NCBI GenBank assembly: GCA_027604505.1
Contig: JADIIX010000147.1
Span: 1-53,987, forward strand
Source of the DNA: Gonapodya sp. JEL0774
Lineage: Eukaryota
Direction: 5' to 3'
DNA length: 53,987 bases
The position numbers and the translations under genes are program-made. Within the stretch, counting starts at the first letter, position 1; each line of letters opens with the position of its first letter. The notes under the pieces were generated by a model. The model was not told the origin of the DNA. It was given only the letters and a program-made list of their open reading frames with translations, and did no database searches. Below, piece after piece: positions 1-12,607 of this stretch.

Positions 1-1068
1 ACTGTATTCGAGTTCAGACATACATACATTGAGTTTCGGGACAGAAACCCACCGGTTCCGCCGCGAACCACCACATTGTGAAACTGGAGCAAGACCTGCA
101 GCAGCCCCACCAGCACTCTCTGATGGGCCAAGATGCTGTGGATTGACAGGTACCACAATTGGCTTGGTTCTTGCAAACCCCAACTTGCGTCTTTGATTCC
201 TTGCAATACGTAGCTTGCGTCCATGATTTCTTGAAAGTTGCAACTCATGAACCTTGTCTCCCATATTTCCACATACAGTGTTCCCTTGTTTCATCCCAAG
301 CATCACACAGTGACAAACCACAGCAGTAATTTTGGGAGTCTTCAGGCCATCAGGTGCCGATACAGTGGTGGAGAGGTCATCATCTTCTCCAATCAAACTT
401 GGCGGAATGTTGTGAAATTTAAGAACATTCCCATCATCAAATCGCCATCCTCCTTGACTTGGATCGCATACAAGCACCAAGTTTCTTCCATCTCTGGAAA
501 GACCTAGTTTGCAGAGTTTTGTTCCTAAAATAGCATCTTCAAGCTGTCCTGCCTTCATCAGACGCAGTGCAGAAGGACAAAGCGTAGCCATTGCCTTTGC
601 AAGTGTTGGGATCCCACTTGGATGGCACATGGCATTATTAATGTGGTCATGCTCATGTGGCTCTGACAAACTTGACTCCACTGCATACTCAGAGGGAGTG
701 TCACCCACAAGGCTGCTGCAGGTACCGCAGCAATCCCCCCTGTGAATTTGATTTAGAATCTTGAGTCGGCAGCAGGAAGAGACCTTTGCTGGTGTTTGAA
801 GGACAGAGCACGCTTGGTGTAGTTGTCAGCAGCAGCACCTGTGATACTAATGAAGCACTTACATGATTTTGATCTCATATAGTTGTTGTTTCTCTCAGTT
901 ATGCAAAAGTTGGATTCTGGAAGGGAGTTGGTCCGCTTTTATGTGGGATCTTCGCGGGGCTGTGCAGCACTCACCGCCACACAGGCTGAATGTGGCGGTG
1001 ATGTGTGGCTTTTCACCGAGATCAGCAAGATCGCTGAGCCGGGCACAGCCAGGCCGCCGAGGACTAAG
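1..1068 (-). CDS. Hypothetical Cys-rich spliced ORF running off the window start (gene or TE-derived)
   Basis: Stop-free minus frame from about 826 to 1 (SCCRLKILNQIHRGDCCGTCSSL...GRNLVLVCDPSQGGWRFDDG...). Candidate introns at about 813-862 (GTAAGT..GCTGAC..AG) and about 917-974 (GTGAGT..CAG) keep the frame open. It is absent from the ORF track because no stop lies in the window. No family recognised. Confidence 0.4.
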
Positions 1069-1347
1069 CTAAGCACAAGAGTAGCGCCGGTAAGTAATAT
1101 AAAAAGACTGCCTCCCTCATTCCAACCACTCATTCGCTATTCAGTGGCTCTCACGTCTAATTCTTTCATTCATTGTAGGACTTGCTACTATGGCTTCACT
1201 CGAACTCTGTCCGTATTATGCCGGGCTGCATCCTCCAGCGAGGCAGCAACAACTCGCTCACGCTCACCATATCCCATGACTCCATTTTTGTTCGTTTCTT
1301 TTGCATGACTAGCCGCAATGCGTAACAGAGTTCGAGGGCTCTGGAGC

Positions 1348-2466
1348 ATGTCTCCCACTCGGCGACGCAATAGCGCAGTCCCTCCAGCCAACACCCCAAG
1401 TCTTCGAAATATGATTGTTCGTTTTATGGGAATTGTCGTTCTTGGCGTCATCATGACCGTAAGTTATATAATTCAGGTTGTTGGCGATTTTGTTTCCATC
1501 ACAACTTGAACTGAGGCAGCATCCTTCAAAGCATGGGATGGTCTTCCCTTTTCAAGCGGATCAAGGACGTTTTGAGCCATCTTCCCCTCGGCAGCTCCCA
1601 ATGTCAATATCTAATACCCCAATCAACCTGGTCGCTCCAGCTGGAGAGCCTCCCGAGTGCAAGTTCTGACTCTCTAATTCAGTTAGCTTTCCCAACGCTT
1701 ACTTTGAATTCTAATCACAGCTTTCGAGGATCAGATATGGCGAAGACTCGATCGGCTTCAAGCTACTGATACACGACTCACTACTGGCGAGCCATACTCT
1801 CGAAAACTGCCGGACAGCGGCTCAGAATTCGCGGCGAGTTTGAATGCGAACGATCGGATCCAAGAGGATCGCAATGCACCTGATGTATCCTCGGTTGCAT
1901 CTGTGAATAAGAGAACAGGTTTTTCGTTGGACGAGGAAACGTCTGAAATAATGAGAACACAAGGAGCTGGAAGGAGGGACTCTCGTCGAGACGGTTCGCA
2001 GCGGAGGAGCATCTCGCGCAAATTTGTGGAAATTCCCGAGAACTTGGAGCAAATCGTCAGCAAGATAGCAACAAGTCTGCGTGGCAAGGAGACAAAGACA
2101 TCGGGCCTGACACTGAGAATCATTGAAGCCACACCAGGAATAGATGTTGTTGACACTCTTTCTCTCATGAGAGTTCGAAACAAGCTACCAAAGACTGCTG
2201 GGTTTGAAGACGTTCTGAGACCAGAATTTATCAATGTGACAGTGGACATTAATTTTGAGGGAAGTGCTAGACCCTCAAACAAAGACATGGAGAGAATCAT
2301 TCGGACCGGACTCCTCAGCATACTTAATTCAACTCTGAAAACGATAACATCGGGGGCATCACTGGACATTGCGTGCGCGAACTCGCTGATCACCAATAGT
2401 GTCGTGGTACTGGAATTCCAACGCGAAGAGTCTGTGACTGCGTTTGTGCGTACCAGAGCTGCTTAA
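1348..2466 (+). CDS. Hypothetical protein with N-terminal signal/TM anchor, 3 exons
   Basis: MSPTRRRN..MIVRFMGIVVLGVIMT, then intron 1459-1519, HPSKHGM..PPE, then a GC-AG intron 1659-1720, then SFEDQIWRRL continuing into ORF 1840-2466. Further 5' exons are possible (plus-strand intron-like segment 1090-1178). Confidence 0.55.
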
Positions 2467-2944
2467 GAAATATTCATTGATGATTTAAGAATTATCCCGA
2501 ATTAGGTCAAGCTCCCGGTTACTCTCGGCGCAATTCATTTATCAAACAACATAATTGTCGGCGACACACGCGTACAAATATGGGCAATGATAATTATTCT
2601 CTTGTGAGTCAACGGTTTGAATATTACTGTCCTTCGCTTCTCTTTACTGAATTTCGATTTCAGTGCTCTGCTGATCATTGCGCCCGCGGCATGGGCATTT
2701 TCGTCTCCGACTCCGATGAGCTTGTAGGCTGCGACGACGAAGAGATTACCATTTGTTGGATTGAACATTAAAATCTGATTAAAAGATCTTTTGCTGTATA
2801 TGTATGTTGAACCAAATACTTATACAGCTGCTGATGAAGGGTCCATTTATACATAAATGTACAATCCACAGATGTTCCCACCCATTGTTGGACTCTTGAC
2901 CCCGCTCGCTCAGAAATCAACTGCAGACTAAGTTAATCGAGTGC

Positions 2945-5910
2945 ATGACTTGGACATCTGATTTTGTAACTTGGTTGGCGAAAGTGAGTGATTGCGCTCT
3001 TCTGTTTTTCGTGACGTGCCCCGTTGAATCAAAATCCTCTCAATGCCCTCATAAAAGTTCGCCATCGCCATCTTCTACAAGGATGTTGTCGTTGTTGGTG
3101 AAGATCACGTACCACGGTCGCGACCCTTGCTCCTGGTGAGTTACAGATGGGGGAGGAGACCGCCACACTTGGACAGCGAACAAGACCATGTACATAGAAA
3201 GCATAGCACAGAAGACTATGAATATCTTTTGCGTTGCGAAAATGAGTTGGATAAACAGTTTTCCCCAATTCATGCTATCCCGTTCGTTTATGCTCTGTTT
3301 CGGTAGCAGCTGACTCTCTCAATCACCACGTCGACATGCAACAGGCATCGACACACTCTAATATGCTTGTTGACCCGCTAGTCCTCATAGCCACTGTTCC
3401 CCGGCCAGACCCCGTCCATGTTTGGGCAAAGGCATCAATTTTGAGTATCTTAATTACTGAATGGTGGGCCAAGTCAGGGCGACAAAATCGAATATCTGCC
3501 GGTCTGGCACCCCGAGATGAAGTGTTCATCACGAGCCTTGAGTACTCACCCTCGATGTTGGGTCTCGTATTTGCATATTTCCGCATTAGCCAGGCTCTTA
3601 CCAGATTCTCATACCCTTCTCCCTAGTTCTCGAAGCCAATAACCGGTGTTATCGCTCGTGAGATTGGACTCCTCCCGGTCAACAGAGGTGTAAAGGACTG
3701 TGGGTACCGGTGGTGGGCTGGCTAACAGGGGATGGATGCAAATTGATGTTTTCAATATTATCACCTCACTTTGATTGCTCGTCTTGTTATAAGCACGAGT
3801 TCATTTGAACCCGCCTTCCTTCCACCACAAACAGATTCCAAACTTTATGCCGCGACATTCGAATGCCTCAATGATAACGGTATGGTTGCGATATTTCCAG
3901 AGGGCACTAGGTGAGTAACAACTATGTGGGGCATTATGACCTGAGGACTTGTATGGGAAATAGGGCGTTCTCAAAAATTCACGTCACCCCAAAACATCCC
4001 CGCTACACATACTTACTCGTGCAGTTACACGCAACCACACATATACTACTTGAAGGATGGCGCCGCATGGGTGAGACTTCTGTGGCTTCTCGCGTCGGTG
4101 GTACCCACTCTGACCTCACTTGCTTGGCTACAAGGCTGCTATGGAACACGCTGCTTCCGTCCTCCGGAGCTGGCAGTCAGCCGCTCAATCCACAAACACT
4201 GCACCACCGCTGCCCTCGCATCCTCCTCTACCAACCGCACCCTCAAGTGAAACGGGTGCAAATAGGAATGGCATTGTAACCGAGGAGGACACCAAGTTAA
4301 TGGACGAAATCGGGTTTAAGGAGAAAACGGGGGCGCTGGTTGTGGTTGGTTTAACTTATGTGCAAAGTGAGTGCCTCCATGTTTCTAGCTCATAGTTTCA
4401 GTCCTTGCGCCGTTCCCACCACTGACATTTTCCACTGTTCTACCAATTGTAACCTTATTTGTAATTTTATCTCGAAAAAGAACAGAAATGGCGTTCGTCT
4501 GTTGTCGTACAATATTCGAAACCAATCGAACCGTCGTCATACCTGCGTGGTGAGCCGAGTGCAACTTGCAGAGTTTGCAAATCTCACTTATTCGTCTTGC
4601 AATCTCTTGTGAATACCTGTACTCGCCCTGAGCAGAGTATTTGAAGGATCCCAAAGCCGCGGTGAAACGACTCACTGCCGATCTGACAAAGAGTATTTTG
4701 AACGTCACCGTAAATGCCCCGACTTGGTGAGTTGTTCTGCCCCATTCACTTCTCTAACATGGTCTCGTGTGTTACGCAAACCCACAATTCAAATTCACTG
4801 ACATTTTTGTGCTATTGGACAATTAAGGGACGACTTGGACGCTGCGAATGCGGCGAGACGGATCCTTTTCCCTTACCCACACCTGCCTCTTAGCCTCTAT
4901 CCTCGTGCCACCCAAGCGCTTGTTGATCTTTTGCGCCTCCATGAGCCTGTCCTGGAGGTAGACACCTGGGATTACGTGAATGGCAAAGCCTCGACTGACC
5001 CGTCCAAGACCCCAAAGACTCTCCCCAGAACTTCCCTGCCATTAGACTTAGCCGACATTCGTGACCGACTTGAAGACTACACTGAGCAGTTAAGATCTCT
5101 CTCACTTGTGGATCTTGACATTCAAGACTTTTCCCCCGACGAGTCAGTTTGGGGCGCAGCGCTTCGGCTTCTTCGGGCCACTTTGGGTTGGCTTCTGGGC
5201 CTCCCCGTGTTTGTGCCTATGCAAATTCTGGCAGCGCCGGTTCAGGTGCCGGCTTATCTTGTGGGGAGGAACGAGAAATTCACGGAAAGCAAGGCGATGA
5301 AGAAGATTGTCGTGGGGGTGATATTGATCCCAATCATGTATGCAATATCGGCATATTGGATTTGGAGGAGACTGCAGGATGTAGGTGATATTCAGTACCA
5401 ATGCCAACATATGAACCCTATAAACGATCCACCGCATGTAATCCTGCAGACTCGCTCCCTCGTATCGTTTATAGTTTCGTTTCCTGTCGTTGTTGCGACG
5501 TATGTTGCACTGTACGATCAAAGGTGAGTCCTTGTTAGCGCGCCATTTTTGTCTCGTATTATATTATAGTTCATCCAACTAAACCACGCGTTGTCACAAT
5601 CTACTTCATACCACTTCATAACTGAAGAGCCGACTCCCTTCGCGCCCTTGTTGGTCGATTTCATCTGCTGTTGGCGCTCACGGGCACACGAACTTCCCGG
5701 ACAGCGTTGGACAACCTTGTCTCCTCCCGTGAGAAGCTGCGACTCGACCTTCAAATTGCAATCAATTTGTATGGCAGCATGCCGCGAGAAGCAATATCGA
5801 CTGTTGCGGTTGACTTTCAGGCCAGGTTTGCGGATTCGGCGCACACACTCCGAGACATTGCTCGGGTGGTTGAGCGCGCGGGACAAGGAAAGGTTACTAG
5901 AGAGGTGTGA
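2945..5910 (+). CDS. Glycerol-3-phosphate/DHAP O-acyltransferase, SCT1/GPT2-like (PlsC fold), multi-exon
   Basis: Spliced MTWTSDFVTWLAK|FAIAIFYKDVVVVGEDHVPRSRPLLL|ASTHSNMLVDP carries the HX4D motif. Also HVWAKAS, MVAIFPEGTS and LKDGAAW, plus C-terminal TM helices in ORF 4835-5527 and a last exon ending at 5910. Confidence 0.9.
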
Positions 5911-6128
5911 CTGTGTGTATGAGGATGCATCCCGCTCGTTTCGCGACTGACGTTTACATAGCGCATTTGATTGAAACTCGAGTTGTAGCACGAACGTTGC
6001 GATAATTCGAATAAATACTAAGGATAATAACCAGAGTGCTCTCAAAGCGTTCATTCCTGAAACAAAGCGTTCAATCCTCGTTTCAGGAATGAACGCCACT
6101 CGGAGCGGGAGGTACGGACAGGGCCCTC

Positions 6129-8999
6129 ATGAAAGTCGGTGTCGGTGCCACGGTACATTTTGGAGCAGAGCGGTGCAAAATTCTCGCGCAAAGAGCCATC
6201 CTGTGGATGGAAGACGCGACAGAGCATCTCCGGAAGGATTCAGGTGTCATGGTGGACCTGGGACTGGAGTTCGACATTCGGAATACCAGCTCCAGAGAAG
6301 GATTGGGAGGACTGTCCGGTACCGGGGAAAAAACAAACTTCCAAATGAATGGCGGAGTCAACAAGGGAGGGGAGGCGGGAGGAGTTGCAAAAGTGATGGT
6401 TCGACGGAGTGTCATCGGCGCCGCGGCATCTGCTGGGAAGAAAGCAGCCGCGAAAGAGGACAAGGTCACAAATAGAGGACCTGCACTCCATGCAATCAAC
6501 GTTGCAGCGGGCGCAGAGACGATGGAGCTCAGTAACGCTGCAATCCCAGCTGATGCCGCACTGGTCGGGAAGATCGCCACAGACAACCTCCGCACACCCC
6601 CTTCCGCGCATATGGCAAACCCGCCTACTCGGACACTATCCCTGCATATACCGCAGACGCAACGGACACCTGTGCCGATACGAAGCGGAACCGCAGGAAG
6701 CACCCTTCGACTAGGGGATCCTATTCTGTCCCCTGCGTTCGTCCCCCGACCGTGGATGGCTCACGAAGTCCTCGGTCGACCTCCTCCAGGGAAATCCATA
6801 TCTACTGCTGGTCCCAAATCCGGGCAACTGGGCAAACCCAAGAATGTGGATGTCCCGCCCACATCTCCAACGTCTCCAGTGTCCCCCGCCAACTCGATCG
6901 TCTTTCCTACAGTTACATTGACATCCAAATCTACGTCACTAAATTCCACCCTTCCCACGCCCACACCGGCGGTTCCTACCACCTCAGTCTCCCCCGAAAA
7001 TCTCATCTGTTCACCGGCCACATTTACGTCGCTACCTGCCTCTTCCACTCCAACTCAAACAAGTGCTGTTGAGGCCGATTTATCTGATTCCGACTCGGAC
7101 GACGACTTGGAGAAAGAAAGAATGACCCCCCATTCTTTAGAAGTGAACAGCATGGGCGTGGCCACACCAGGAGCACTTTCCACTGTGCACGACGACAGCA
7201 CCAAGCGACAAGTATCAGAAACTCCTCGAATTCCGCTTGCCTCTAAGAAACCCATCATAGCCGTCCCAGGTATACCCATCTATCCCAATACTCCAAACCA
7301 AAAGTACCCTCTCCCTGCGCGATCCGCCTCCCACAAGGACCCACAACAACATCGTTGGTTTCAACTCCTTAACGGCCGCGGCCGAAAGTCTTTTGTAATA
7401 GTCTTGCTGGCGGCCGTTATCGGCCTGGTCACTGGAATAGCAGTCGGAGTTGGAAGGGGAAAGTGAGTTGCATTGAGATTCGATCTTGCAGGAATTGGGT
7501 GGGAGAGTTTCTGAGCACAGACAAAGAAAGCAGATAGGGATGTAGATAGCACCCTACCAGAATTGTGTTGGTGCACGTGGGATTCACATGATGCTCACTT
7601 TCTTGTTCACTTCCGAAGTGCTGGTTCTGCCAATCTCGCCGCTGTGGTCGGGTTCACCACCTCTACCACCTCTACCGTCTCTGCAACATTCGTATCACCG
7701 ACCCCTCTCGCCACAGCACCCCCTACTAGCGTGTCAGTGATTCCAGCCACAAGCAACAGCACATTGCCGAGAAGTGCAAATATATATGATTGTGGAACAG
7801 GAGGCCTCGTCGGTGAGTCAGGCAGAAGTGGGTGGGGGCCAGGCTGGATAGACGAGAGAATGGCACACGAGGCAAAAGTTTCGTTGGCACATAACTAGTC
7901 GAGTATGACACAGCAGCCATTCCGCCTAACTGCGTGAATCATGTAAAATGCATGCACGCGAGCACCGCAAGAGCGTTGAAGCGATGTTTGCAATCTTGCT
8001 ATTCTTGATTTCGTGTCTCGCATCCTCACTGGTCATTACAACCCACACAAACTCTTGCAGCTCTAACTTTCAACGGCGGCATTTCTCCAAACAACGTCGC
8101 TCTCCGAAACTTGCTTGCAAAATACAATGCTACCGCCACTTTTTTTCTCGTTGCGAAGACGAACTGGACCGACCTATCAGTACATGGGGATACAGTCAAA
8201 GCCATAGTGCAGGAGGGTCACCAGGTGGCGAGCATGGGGTGGTGAGTCCGCGGGCTTATAAGTTTGGTCTACCTGTTTATGTGTCGGTAATGATATTTTC
8301 AAAAAGGTCTCACTGCAACTTTGTGACGGGTGGATGTAACTTAACACTCGAGATCGACTCTGCCACTACGCTGATAGGGGACATCCTGGGGGGAAAGAAG
8401 CCCACATACTTTCGATTTCCATACAATAGTTCTACTGCCGAGGTTGGTCGCGAGTTCATATCTGTTCGAGTTTGAGTGACACATGTTTCTTCACTGCCCC
8501 TGCGCAATAGGCTACCCAATACCTTCTCTCTCGCTCCTATAAAATTGTGACATCATCCATTGATACGCGCGATCTGGAGCAATACCCCCCTATTTATAGT
8601 GCCAATGCGACCGCCTCAGACCTTGTACCTGGATATCCTACTGATACTGAGGTTGTGTCTTCAGTGCTGGCTACTGGGACTCTGAGCGTAAATAGTTACG
8701 TGGTGCAGATGTATGAGACTGTTCCAGGTTTCGAGGAGAATGTGGAGGGAGTATTGCAGGAGGTTGTGGCGAAGGGCTACGTGTTTGTGACTGGTGAGTT
8801 AAGGGCACGATTAAGCTCCGACAGTCCGCCTGACACACGAAATATTTCTTTAAAAAAGTTGCACAATGTTTTGGAGATCCCAGTGGAGGCTACTCGTAAC
8901 ATCCGGTTTGTGGAAACGCTTTCGAGCATTTTGGAGGCGCTGTTACAGGAAACGCATCTTGCAGTCACCGTGAATGTGTCGCTAGATAAGCTTTATTAA
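6129..8999 (+). CDS. Type II membrane protein with C-terminal degenerate CE4/NodB polysaccharide deacetylase domain
   Basis: Long P/S/T-rich N-terminus, TM helix (FVIVLLAAVIGLVTGIAVGVG), S/T stalk, then spliced ALTFNGG..ATFFLV..EGHQVASMGWSH..PTYFRFPY..IDTRDL..KGYVFVT. The start codon and last exon are uncertain. Confidence 0.8.
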
Positions 9000-9213
9000 T
9001 TTCTCCAAATACTTTGGATTTCAGACAAACTGCTAATTTTTGTGTTTTGGACGGTGTCTGAGCCAAAGGGAGAGCGCCATTTTGTACACCGCATATATCT
9101 TTGTAAATGAATCTTAGTCGACTCGAAATTATCAAGAAGGAAGTGTTTTGCGATTCCTGGAGATTCAAACCATCTGCTTGGTTAGGCCATATTTGTTTCA
9201 AGGTTCGGACTAT

Positions 9214-12200
9214 TCATCCGAAAGCGTACAGAGACATGTCCACCAGCAATCGATCATCAAGGTTGTTCTCAAGATCACGATTGGTCTCCTTGTCCTCCAA
9301 TTGAGAGACGCTACAGGTCTGATCTGCGAGGGCAATCATGAGATATGGCCAATCCTCACCCCAACACGTTTTCGACGTCACCAGCCCTGTGTTTCCATGA
9401 CCGTGGTTTGCAGAGTTGCTGAAAAGTCCATTTGAATCTGATGCTACATCATCTTCCCATGAGTGACGATCAGTCAATGCATTGACTTCTTCACTAGTGG
9501 CAGGGAGGAAGTGATTCGTCAGTCCAATGTCTCCTGCAAATTGACCCTGGCCACTGCTAGTGCCAACGCGAATTGGCCTTGAATGGGCCGGCGCAATTGC
9601 TTTGAATAAGCCCTGGAGGACTGACAATGCGCCCGTTGATGACGTCATGGAATTTGGTGATTGCTCGCGCAGGTGTACCACTGTGGAATCGACAACAGAA
9701 GAAAGCGACGTCGAAGATCGTGAATCGCAAACATCACCGTTTGGGGCTTCAGAGTGGAAGTGCGGCTCAACGCTTGAGGGTCGCTTGTGAGTACAAGGGC
9801 CACCTATCGGGCAATGACACTCAGCTGGGATCAGAGCCGATCTGACCGCGGATTCTGCAGTGCTAAGATTCTCAATTTCTTTCAACTGGGCTGCAGTTGT
9901 TCCTGTTGATTCCTCACGAGCTCGAGCCTCTATATTCTGGGGAACCAAATCGTCTGGTTCCGTCGATTCCTGCTTCATGCCAAAAACATCTTTGTGTATC
10001 TTTGAACCTTCGGCAGTCAGGGCTATTCTCCATGGATTACTTCGAGACGTAATTACACCGAGAGATATGCCATATTTGATGTAGTCCTTGAAACTCCGAA
10101 AACCAAGAGCAGATAGCAGGCTACTAATAAACAGGAAGTCATCGTGCTTAAACACCGCCGACTTCGCAGACACCTTTTGAGGAGCCTGAGTGGCGAGAAC
10201 GAAGAGAAGCGGATGAATTGCTGAGGTGGCAGGAGGCGGAATCGACAATTTGGAAGAGTCCCTGCTAGTAACCGCCCAAGTCTCCCTGCAGAATTCGTCC
10301 CACCTGAGCAGCATGATGCCAGTGAGGCGTGCACTTGTTGCGGTAGCTTTCTGTGTCATTCCGAGCTGGATAGTCAAGTGCAGGAGATCAGAGGGAGATC
10401 TTTGAGTGAGCGTCGTCTTGCCACTCCTTTTCTGGGAACTCTGGGAAAGTGATCGCAGAATGAAGAACAGCTCCTGAGCGTCAACAACAGGGTCAACAGA
10501 CTCAATTTGCGAAAGCGATGATCCAGAATTCCCGACAAGCAATGTGATCTCGTGCTGCCTGCGACAAACTTCCCATACCGCATTTGCCAAGGTCTGATAC
10601 TTTGGGGAAAATTGCGAAGCAGCTCTCTTGCCGTACTCGAAAGCAGACAAAGTACTACGACCGCGCGAAGTGAGCCAAACTCGAGTCGATGTTCGATTGA
10701 TGGATTCTAAGCAAAATTCGGACCCTGGTAGTGCCCCGGTATTGAAATGCCTCACTTCCACGTAGCCTCCTTTGCGCGCCAATTCATGCACTAGTGTCAT
10801 TAACTGGAATGCTGGTGTGTTGTCCTTCACGGAGGTTGCCGTCCAACCCTCGTAGCCAAGTTCACACGCACAAAGAAGTGGGAAGATGATGTCCATGTCT
10901 TCCGGAGAAAGAAGGGAAGCAGACGAGTAGTAGCGCGTATGAGGAATTGTATGCACCCTCCCGTGCGACCCTGAAGGATTAGACAAGAAATATGTAGGGT
11001 ATTGGATTAAGATGAAGAAAATCAGGAGTTGGGTTAAGTTGAGACAGGTAGGGGCGATGGGGAACTTCCTACAAGGACACTATCACCCACGAAGTCCGAC
11101 AAGATCCTCCCACACAACCTTCTTGGACACCGCAGTTTTCAATTCATTCGATGCGCGCGTGCTATGACAGAGGGTGATGTCTATTCCCTACCGGTTCAGA
11201 TCGACAAACGTGAATATTTATTTTGGTGAAGGGAACAAACGCCAACTTGCGTGACTCACTTGACTCTCCAGAAACCTTAAGGTGGGCGCGAAATCTCTGT
11301 CACCTGTAACAAGAACAATGCTTATATCCTCGGGATTCCGTCCCCATATCACCTAAACCCCGACGAAGTATGGCTTTTGATTCAAGTACAAACGGATCAT
11401 TTAGATTGGGCACAGCTGAATACCTGATGCATATACTCCACGATCGCTAGGTCAGCCTTGGTACCTTGATCAATATCGACCTTGAGATAGGTGAGAATGA
11501 CCTGTAAGCACTCACTGCTCCTGGTTTGCTTCTTCCGATGTCCACAATCGTCACTCCACTCGTGCTAAGTTCTAATCGCACACTCTCTTTCATGTGCTTG
11601 ACATTGAGAATCGCGTAGATGTGAATAGTGAAGTCTGTGCCTGAGTCGCAGAAGCCAATGACAAAGGAATGCTGATTGAATATGACGACACTCGACCAAC
11701 GCCGGTAGTCTTCTCCTTACAGTTGTGGGGAGCCGAAGCGGAGACGTTATTTCCACATGCCACTAGTCTTCCAGCGTTTGCTTTGGGTGCATATACTAGC
11801 GTTCTAAGGCGTTGCACGACGGTGCTCGCCGTAACGTCTTGCGAGGTCAAAAACCATTCAAAGTATGAACATCGATTGAAAGGTCGAGTCCGAAAAGATA
11901 TAAACGCGAGAATTTTCTTTAATCTCAGATACGCATTCGTCGTAAACTCACTCGTTGGAACCGGAATATTCTCGATATCCCAAAATATCACCCCTTCACT
12001 GATGTCCGATTTGACCCCACTGTTGCGAGCTTTCAAAGCCTGCAATTCGCAAAATCATCATCTAGAGCATCCAACATGGAAGCAATCGTGCGACTCACGG
12101 TTGGGAATTCAAAGCCGGAGAAGCCCTGCACGGCCTTCACCCGTGTCTCTCGCTGCAATCTTTTGACAGGCTTCTCTAAAGTTGCCCGTCCACTTTTCCT

Positions 12201-12374
12201 TGAAGTAATCCTGTGCTTCAATTTCCAGAAAATCCCGGCAACAAGAGCACCGAACAGAGTTGCTATTGAGATCAGACCCAGGCCGAGCTCTCGCCATGAG
12301 AGCTCTTCGAAGTGCATGATTCGGAATTGAAGCACGCGGTCCCAGGCCGCTGAATAGTGAGGGAACTCCTCCAT
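9214..12374 (-). CDS. NYN-domain (PIN-like) ribonuclease, Limkain-b1/MARF1-like, with N-terminal TM helix and LOTUS/OST-HTH-like segments
   Basis: VIFWDIENIP (about 11970), spliced SKPGA|ADLAI, and IVLVTGDRDFAP (about 11290-11320). Long last exon 9214-10986 includes LGFRSFKDYIKYGISLGVI. TM helix LGLGLISIATLFGALVAGIFW at about 12220-12290. Confidence 0.85.
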
Positions 12375-12607
12375 GAAATGGGCGAGGGGAAACCTCATTG
12401 ATGTGATGAGACAGCCCTTCTGACAAAGCGGGGCCTGCACTTCACCACCCCGCCCCCCCACACGATACCACTATTCGCAATACGGAACTTCAGAGATTCA
12501 CCCTGTTCATGCAAACAATTACATAAGAAGAGCTTCCGATCTGTAAATTCCAACAGACAACTCCGCTGGAGAGAGCACAACCTCAAGAATGATATTTCTG
12601 GTGCCTA

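Noticed and set aside
1758..2396. Long antisense ORFs (also 6083-6703, 26563-27339, 35582-36406)
   Set aside because: They are shadow frames of better-supported genes on the opposite strand.
3029..3273. Minus-strand ORF with a hydrophobic N-terminus
   Set aside because: It overlaps exon 2 and intron 2 of the GPAT gene, and its candidate splice creates a stop.
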